DNA of 64,000 nucleotides from the human T2T-CHM13v2.0 reference genome, Homo sapiens, in the NCBI RefSeq assembly GCF_009914755.1, contig NC_060945.1; one strand, written 5' to 3'. The translations under genes were made by a program, and so were the position numbers. The notes under the pieces are model-generated. The model searched no databases. It saw nothing but the letters and a program-made list of their open reading frames with translations, and was not told the DNA's origin. How positions within the stretch are numbered: position 1 is the first letter of the stretch; each line of letters starts with the position of its first letter. Positions 55,186 to 64,000 of the stretch are shown here, one piece after another.

Positions 55186-56279
55186 AATGAACTTCCTCAT
55201 TTCTCTTCCGAAAGCCTTTAGCAGCATCTGATGCTTCTTAACATAGTTATGTCCAGGGAAGAACAACTTCTAGATATTTATAACTCATTGTGAATATAAT
55301 AAATATGTGATTATATTGAGTTAGAGTCACAGGAGGCAGGACTATGAGAGCACTGAGAAACTGAAGAATAGGAGGACTAGGCAACCACCAATGGGGGGGA
55401 ATGACAGCAAAGAGAAGTCTGGGAAACAAAGACAATTTTCCTATAGAAGACTACTTTTTGCTAGAGTCAGCCAAGCTTATGAGCATATAGTTCATATTTA
55501 AATCTAAATATTTTAGAATATATGAAGAATAAACCAGAAGAAAATACATTTGTTTATAAATATATCAAACTTAAAGCAGACCCACTGTGATCATAAGATT
55601 TAGAATATAAAAAACTTACCGTTTAGTAAACAGTGCCACTGTTCCACATTAGTGGTACTTGGGTAAAAACACACAATAGTCTTATACAGTGTGGCTTCCA
55701 AAGCCCCGAGTGTGGAGAAGCCCCCAGTATTCTATATTTTGCCCCAAGAAACTTTATATTTCTGGGAAAACTAAAATCCACCTTCCAGTATTCTAAGTAG
55801 AAATGCAAATTTCATAATTTTGGAAAGGGAATAGGTTTGATTATACACTAAGAATCTGAAGAGGAAGATGGTTCAAAAAGTTAAAAGTGAAATTTTATCT
55901 ATATGTTTCTAAATGATTTCAATAAAGGAGAAAAGAGGAAACTTCTTAAATTAATAAGCAGGTTTGCAAAAGACCCATTCAAAGAATTTCTGCATTAAAA
56001 GCTCATTGGGTCCATAATAGGATAAGAGGAATCAGCCCTTGATTCAGTAGCGAATATAGTATCATAGAAGCCCATAGGAGGAGTGCTGGAAGTCAAAGTT
56101 CTAACCAACTGGGGGCTGCAGAAACTGAATTGGACAACCAAGAAGATAGTTTTGTATTTTAAACTATGAAGAGTACTAAAGCTCTCTGAAGAACTTCAAT
56201 GAAGACGGATATCACAGAAAAAAAAAAGATTCCTCATTGGCCATTTAGCTTCCATCTTGTTTGTACTGAAAAAAACTCA

Positions 56280-57990
<1,711 letters not shown>

Positions 57991-60900
57991 CCTTGAAATT
58001 AGATGATTCTGTAATTTGGGGAAAATGTTTTCATCCCAGTCTTATTTTTTATTTTAACTCAGAGTTTTGAAAAATAAGAAAAAAATAAGATTGGAATATA
58101 TGCCTCACCAGCAATACAAACATGATTTTAGGAAAGGGGATCTGAAGTCTCAAAGTGTTCAGGAATATTAAAACTTTTGTCTTGCAGATTATTCTAAAAA
58201 TCACCATTTGCCATTTCATATTTCTAGCAATGCATCAGAAGGGACAATTTAAGTTTCATAGTCTATAAATAGCTTTGTCTTTCATATTTTTTTTTACACA
58301 TAATTTTTGAGAATCTTTGAAATCAAGGGGAGGATGAGGCACAACTGTAGCTATTTATCCCACTGGAATCCCTGAAATACCCTTTCTAAGAGGGTGCCTA
58401 TTGCAGGCTTGAGAAATCAATACTTAACCTATAGAAACAATTATTTTAAAACAGCCTTTCAGAGGGTGGATCAAGTTTGACTAAGGGCTAAAAGTGGTGA
58501 GACAATGGTTTCCTGCAAAATAAATTCAATAATTGTTTTGGCTCATAATATTTTTTTACACTGTGTCTGAACAATTAATGACTTTTTCTGGTAGTCTCTT
58601 GCTGAAATATCAACATAACTCTCAATGCAGAACAAGAAAGCTTAAGGCTGAATCCAAAAATAATACACTATAGAAAATAGCAACCAAACCCACCTACCTG
58701 ATAGACACAATTTTACAAAATACACACAACAGCTGGGAAAAAAACATAAACATGGAGCCAAAACATGGAGATTTGGCTTGAAAAATAAATGGAAATTAGA
58801 CATGGCTTAGCAACTGGATGATTACAATAGTTGACTGAACTGAACTTTACACTGGATGGTCTGGCATTGTTTAACCATCTAGAAAAACCATATGTAATAT
58901 TTAGCTTTTCTTATTTTAAAAATTTACTTATACTAGCAAATAAGAAAGCTATATTAAACACATTTTAATTTTTATGATATTGTATAGTGTACACACACAC
59001 TACCGTAAATTGGACAGTGAGTAATATTTAAATTGATGATGATAGCTATAATAACTTTCCCACTGTCAATAGAAAATCAATATGTCTTTATTGAATTCAG
59101 CAAAAATAAGCCAAGTTAAGCAACTGAATGCTTCTAAATTTGTAAAGTCTGCATCAAAATTGTCTAAGCTTGTCTATGGCTTCTTTCTGTTTGGCAAACA
59201 CTGCAAATTTAGATCCCATGGCAGAGATTTTTGAACACTTTATAATTATTTTAATCTCCATCTGAGGATGTCAGACTGCTTCTAATTTGAGAATAATACT
59301 TCTGATACATTCTAAGAAGTTAAGTAGTTATTCTTCCAATAGTGCTAATAAGTGTGATCTTCCCTATTCACTCTTTTGCCCCATTTTCTTTGAAATTAGA
59401 ATAATGATTCCATCTTTAGCCGTCAGCTGATCCACATATAGTCAACATCACAAAGGAACATAAATGATTGAAAAGTTAAGCCAAAATATGTTATTGAATA
59501 TATCTGACCTCTGACAAGTCAGGCTTCACTATATGCCACTGTCTATTGGAGAATCATGTCATCATTGTTGCAAAAGAATGGACAAGGTATATACTGTTTT
59601 TTGTTTATAGTTTTGACAAATTTCCTATTTCCTCTACAACTGCTTTCTCTCTTTGCCCCTCCCTCTTGGAAGCATTTTCCGGAAACAATGGTTTCTGTTT
59701 GCTTGAATCAGTTGCCTCATCTCAAATGCCTACCTTCACCCAGCTACAAAATAAGCAACACTCAAATCTCTATAAATACATTTGACTGTTTCTCACGTGC
59801 AACTCTTCTTTGACTTAATTGTTGACTCTGTCTTGTATGATCAAATGTTTATTTTTTTCTGGGTGAATTATTACAGAATATTCTAAATCTCTAGATGATC
59901 CCTTTTTTCTATGTGCTTTGCCTCAGCAAACTCACTAGTGTGATCTGCCAAAAATACGTAATGCATTACAAAGCCAATTATAAATAATCTTGATAAATAC
60001 GCCGTTTTGAATCACTCAGGTTATTCTTTGCTTTTTAAAGTGAATATTCAAAAGATTATGTATTTTTTTTTGGTTTGGGTTGATGGTTAGAAAAGACAAC
60101 CAGAAATGTAATACAGTTCATCTCCCCGTTTCTGTTTATTTTCATAGTGATTTGCAACTATACTGAGAATGGAAAATAAAACATTTGTTGCAAGAGGATG
60201 CTTATGTTCATTCTTAGGAACATGGAGTGAAATTAGAAATGGAGAAATAAAAGGAAGCGAAGAAAAGATCTCTGTACTAGATGTGGGTCAGCACACTTCA
60301 AATTCTGAAGGCTTACTAGAAATTTTCAAAAGTTTTTGTCCTCATATTTTGGAGTTAATTTAAGATTGTTAACTTCAGACGAAAGAACATGCATTCATTA
60401 TTTGGCAGAGCAGTATGTTCTTGGTACTTAGATTTTCAAATATCTTTTCTCATGTAGGACGGTCAATTCCAATGGTGAAAATTCATTACTCTTGTCATTC
60501 TAATCAACAAAAGAAAAGCAAAACTCAGGCAGTTATATCTTCAAACTATCTGGCAGACAAGTCGACATTAACTTTTTATGTCATTATTTTATCAAAAACT
60601 TTAGCTTTACAGTTTGCTACCTGGAGGAAATCTTAATATGTTGGCATTCAATACAGCACGAATGTTGATGATTTTTTGCACTCTGTGAAGAACATTTCCA
60701 GCAACACTCACAGTTTAATACCCCTATAGGCTTCCTTTCCAGAGATCATATGTTGCATTTAATGACTGATTGCAGAATAGTGCAGCAATAAGGTATATAT
60801 AGTAAAGGATATTTGAGTATGTTTCCTATTATATATTTCTGACTCTACAATCCAATTATTTGTTTACCTTCTTTTTTTTCCATCTGTGTTCTCAGTTCTG

Positions 60901-61109
60901 AACTCCCTAGCCTCATGAATGGTATATGTTCAGTAGGGCTTAATAAATATCCACAGAACATGAGAATGATTCCGTGGGCAGGTTCTTGTCAGTAGGCTCA
61001 CGTTGTCAAAGTACCATATTTTAAAAACTTGTTGGATTGGTGAATGATGGTTGCTAATGCCCTCCAGAGATCCCAGGTAATGACTATTGCAGTGCAAGAC
61101 AGTGACACA

Positions 61110-61310
61110 TACCTAGAATTTGAATCAGGACCTCTGAGTTCAACCCAATTCTGCTCACATTGTAACTTGGCCTTTTGAGGACTTACAATGTTTGTTTGTT
61201 TGCTTTTGTTCATTTATTTTTGTTTTTAGTGTGTAATTTTCTCAAAAAGTAGAGCTAACATCTGATCTACAACGAAGAGCAAATGGATGTTTTGAGATAT
61301 GAAACATTAC
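61110..61310 (+). mobile_element. MIR
   Basis: GAATCAGGACCTCTGAGTTCAACCC..TTCTGC..TGTAACTTGG. Confidence 0.5.
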
Positions 61311-62599
61311 ACAGATATGACACTGCTGATTGATGGTTACATAACTCCAACTGTGCCAATATTTTGAAATTTGTTGAAAGTAAGATTTTTTTTTAAATGT
61401 AAAAGGCCTTATATATTTTTCTTAGGTGAAGGAGATGTGGATCTGATATTTTAAAGGATTTCTTATTTTAGAATTTTGGTTTCTGTTGAAAGCTTCAGCC
61501 GACACTGGGGAGAGAGAAAACTCCATTTCTATGGAAGAAGAAAATCCCAGGAGAAGATAGATGCATTTTAACTTAGCAGAAATGGACCTGTAAATTAATT
61601 CATTTGTCAGAGTTGGGGAGGGGGACTAACTGAGGGAGATAATTTGGAACCAGCTCTCCTGCCTTCAGTAACCAGGTTCTGCTTTGCTGATGATTTAAAT
61701 TTACACACTCACTCCTTCTAGAGCGATGATTCTTCCTCTGGACTGGTTCAGTCCCCACAGACTCCTACTTGGAGGGCAGAAAGTTGGTGCTGTCACATCC
61801 AAGTTTTCACTCTGTGATAGTCAGTGCTCTGGGAGTAGAACTGATACAGGCAACTGTCATTTTCTGACAGGAGAGTGACAGCGTGAGTTGTACTCACACT
61901 CTCATTACGCCATTTGGAAAGGCACAATGTCTCCAGAGTATGCACTCAGTGGTTTATTGGTCTTAATTTGATGTTTGCTGTAATAGATATCTTTGTCATT
62001 GCATTTTTTTTCCTTTGGCTTAATTTTATTTTATTTCCTATGAATATGATTTAAAAAAAAAACCTTTGCAGATATAGAGCCTTGATTTGTTTTACCTTTG
62101 AATGCAACATGTATATTCCTGCAGTTCTTAGACTGTTCAATCAGTGCTACCAAATATCTGACGTCAGCTAACACCTAGCAGCACTAACACCTGAGGGTCA
62201 AAATTAAACTCTCAGCTGGGGTCTACATACGCCAGTAAAGAAAGGCCTCAAGCCCCAAGTTTTGACTGCTGATTTGTCTTATACTTCTCTTCTTCAATAA
62301 AGCTATTACATTTAATTTTAGATGAATTAAGGAAAGAGATGCTGAAGTGAAACTACAGGAATTGTTGAAATGTAAGTAAATGTTTCTTCAAGGCAAGCTA
62401 ATCAACTACTGCAAATCCCTTCTGATTTAAGGAAAATATAACAAAAACACGAATATTAGACACATTATGGATTTTTACTGCAGATTTCAACTTTAGACTA
62501 TATTCCTGGACTCCTCACTCCGTAAAACCATTCAATACCCTCACATATATTCTCACTTCATTTACTTTGCTACTTTTCTGTTTTGGCGAGTTATAGTAC

Positions 62600-63650
62600 G
62601 TCATTATTTTTACATCATTTAAGTTTATAGCATTTATATAAATACTTTTCATAGTTGATTGATCTTGGCTCTATTCTTTATTTACAAGTATCTTTTTTTC
62701 TTCTGGATATTCTTATCATGTAATTCTTCCAGGAAAATTTCGTTTTGTTCCAGAATACTTGTCTATACCAGAAGGGGAATTCAGGAGAGTATAACATTCT
62801 TTTTCTTGCTTTCAAAATTTATAAGACTGTCCACTGTTTGATATGAGATGTGCAGAAAGAGAAATCAAAGGATATTTATATTATTCCTTCCTGCATGCTC
62901 ATGTGAGATATTTTCCTTATCTTTAAAATTAAATAACTTCACTAGAATATGTTTATGATGATTGCAATGTTAAAATTTTTCCAGAAACAATGGGTGCCTA
63001 TCTAGAATCACTATTGGTTTATTTTAGGAAACACTTTTTTTTTCTTTATATTCTTGGAATTATTTTTTCTCCTTTATTTGTTGAGTTCTCTTTTTCAGGA
63101 ATACTGATTAAGAAAAAAAATGCCAAACGTCTTTTGCCATATTTATGTCTTTTACCACATTTATGGTAAAACACATTATTGCCATTTTACCAATGCTATT
63201 ACCATATTTATGGTCATTTGAAAATCCTCATTCTTTTCTATTTTGTTTTGTGAGATATTTCAAGCCTGTCTGTCATGTTTCTGTGGTTTTTATTTCTGTT
63301 AATCCTGCGTTGGTTACTCAAATGTGGCTTTCTTTCTCTCAAATGTTTATATTACTCTCATTTCTTTGTTAATTATATTAACTCCCTTCCTTGTTTTTTT
63401 CTTATTTCTCATTTGCATGCCTTTATCATTGACATCATCCCTGCTTCTTCCTTCAGGAAACCATCTTGTCTACAATTTATTTGAGAAAATAAAGTTATTT
63501 GTCTAACGTAATTTTTGGTTTCCTCTTGGAGTACTTGTTCTCATTTGCTCTTTGTTTATTTTTCTTTTTCCCTTTAAATTTCCTGGCACTATCTACACCC
63601 ATGTTCCATATTGGATCCTTTGAGATTATTTTTCATTTTTCTATGGAATT
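62600..63650 (-). mobile_element. HAL1 or old L1M ORF1-region fragment
   Basis: T-rich; TTATCTTTAAAATTAAATAACTTCACTAGAATATGT resembles antisense HAL1/L1 ORF1. Confidence 0.55.
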
Positions 63651-63961
63651 AGTAGTTTGTTGAAGAATTGGGTGTGGAGGGGAAGCAAAGTAGGAAGTGA
63701 GTGGCAAGAGACTGCAGCCTTGATTCAGCATGTGGCCTGAAAACCCTCTCACTCACCCTGTTACATGCTTTGTCACAGGGGAACATCTTGTTTTTGCCTT
63801 CCAAAAAGGTAGGGCTCAGAAGTCTGTGGATTCACGGGCCCTTTGGTTGTATGCTGTATGGTCACTACTTCCTGTTTTTTTCCTCAGCCTCCTTTGCGCC
63901 CTGGATCCTCCTCCCCACTGGCCAAATAGAAAATGGAAGACACAGAATAGAAATGCTTCTT

Positions 63962-64000
63962 GACCGGGTGCAGTGGCTCACGCCTGTAATCTCAGAACTT
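63962..64000 (+). mobile_element. Alu 5' end (runs off window)
   Basis: GACCGGGTGCAGTGGCTCACGCCTGTAATC. Confidence 0.92.

Noticed and set aside
61410-61435. Plus-strand TTTTTCTTAG|GTGAAG as a second recursive-type site
   Set aside because: GTGAAG is a poor donor, so it is at most a cryptic acceptor.

Overview
AT-rich, CpG-depleted primate (human-like) genomic DNA with the character of a very large intron or intergenic interval. I find no protein-coding exon, RNA gene or CpG island that I can support, and I cannot name the host locus. Most ORFs in the track are chance or repeat-derived. Much of the window is interspersed repeat: 14 Alus (J, S and Y types), old L1M/HAL1, L2, L3/CR1 and MIR fragments, DNA transposons (MER1A, MADE1, internally deleted Tigger1, Tigger2-type, MER58A) and LTR elements, including one complete two-LTR THE1/MST MaLR with a 5-bp target-site duplication (TSD). 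The most interesting signals outside the standard repeats are: a minus-strand polypyrimidine-CAG|GTAAG recursive-splice-type motif at 14983/14984, a ~245-bp local direct duplication (41.8/42.6 kb), an AT-rich palindromic 32-bp tandem array (52.6 kb), a possible very old retroelement fossil (24.9-26.3 kb) and several repeat-free, CpG-retaining candidate regulatory segments. Repeat family names come from recalled consensus sequences, not a database search. Boundaries of old repeats are approximate.
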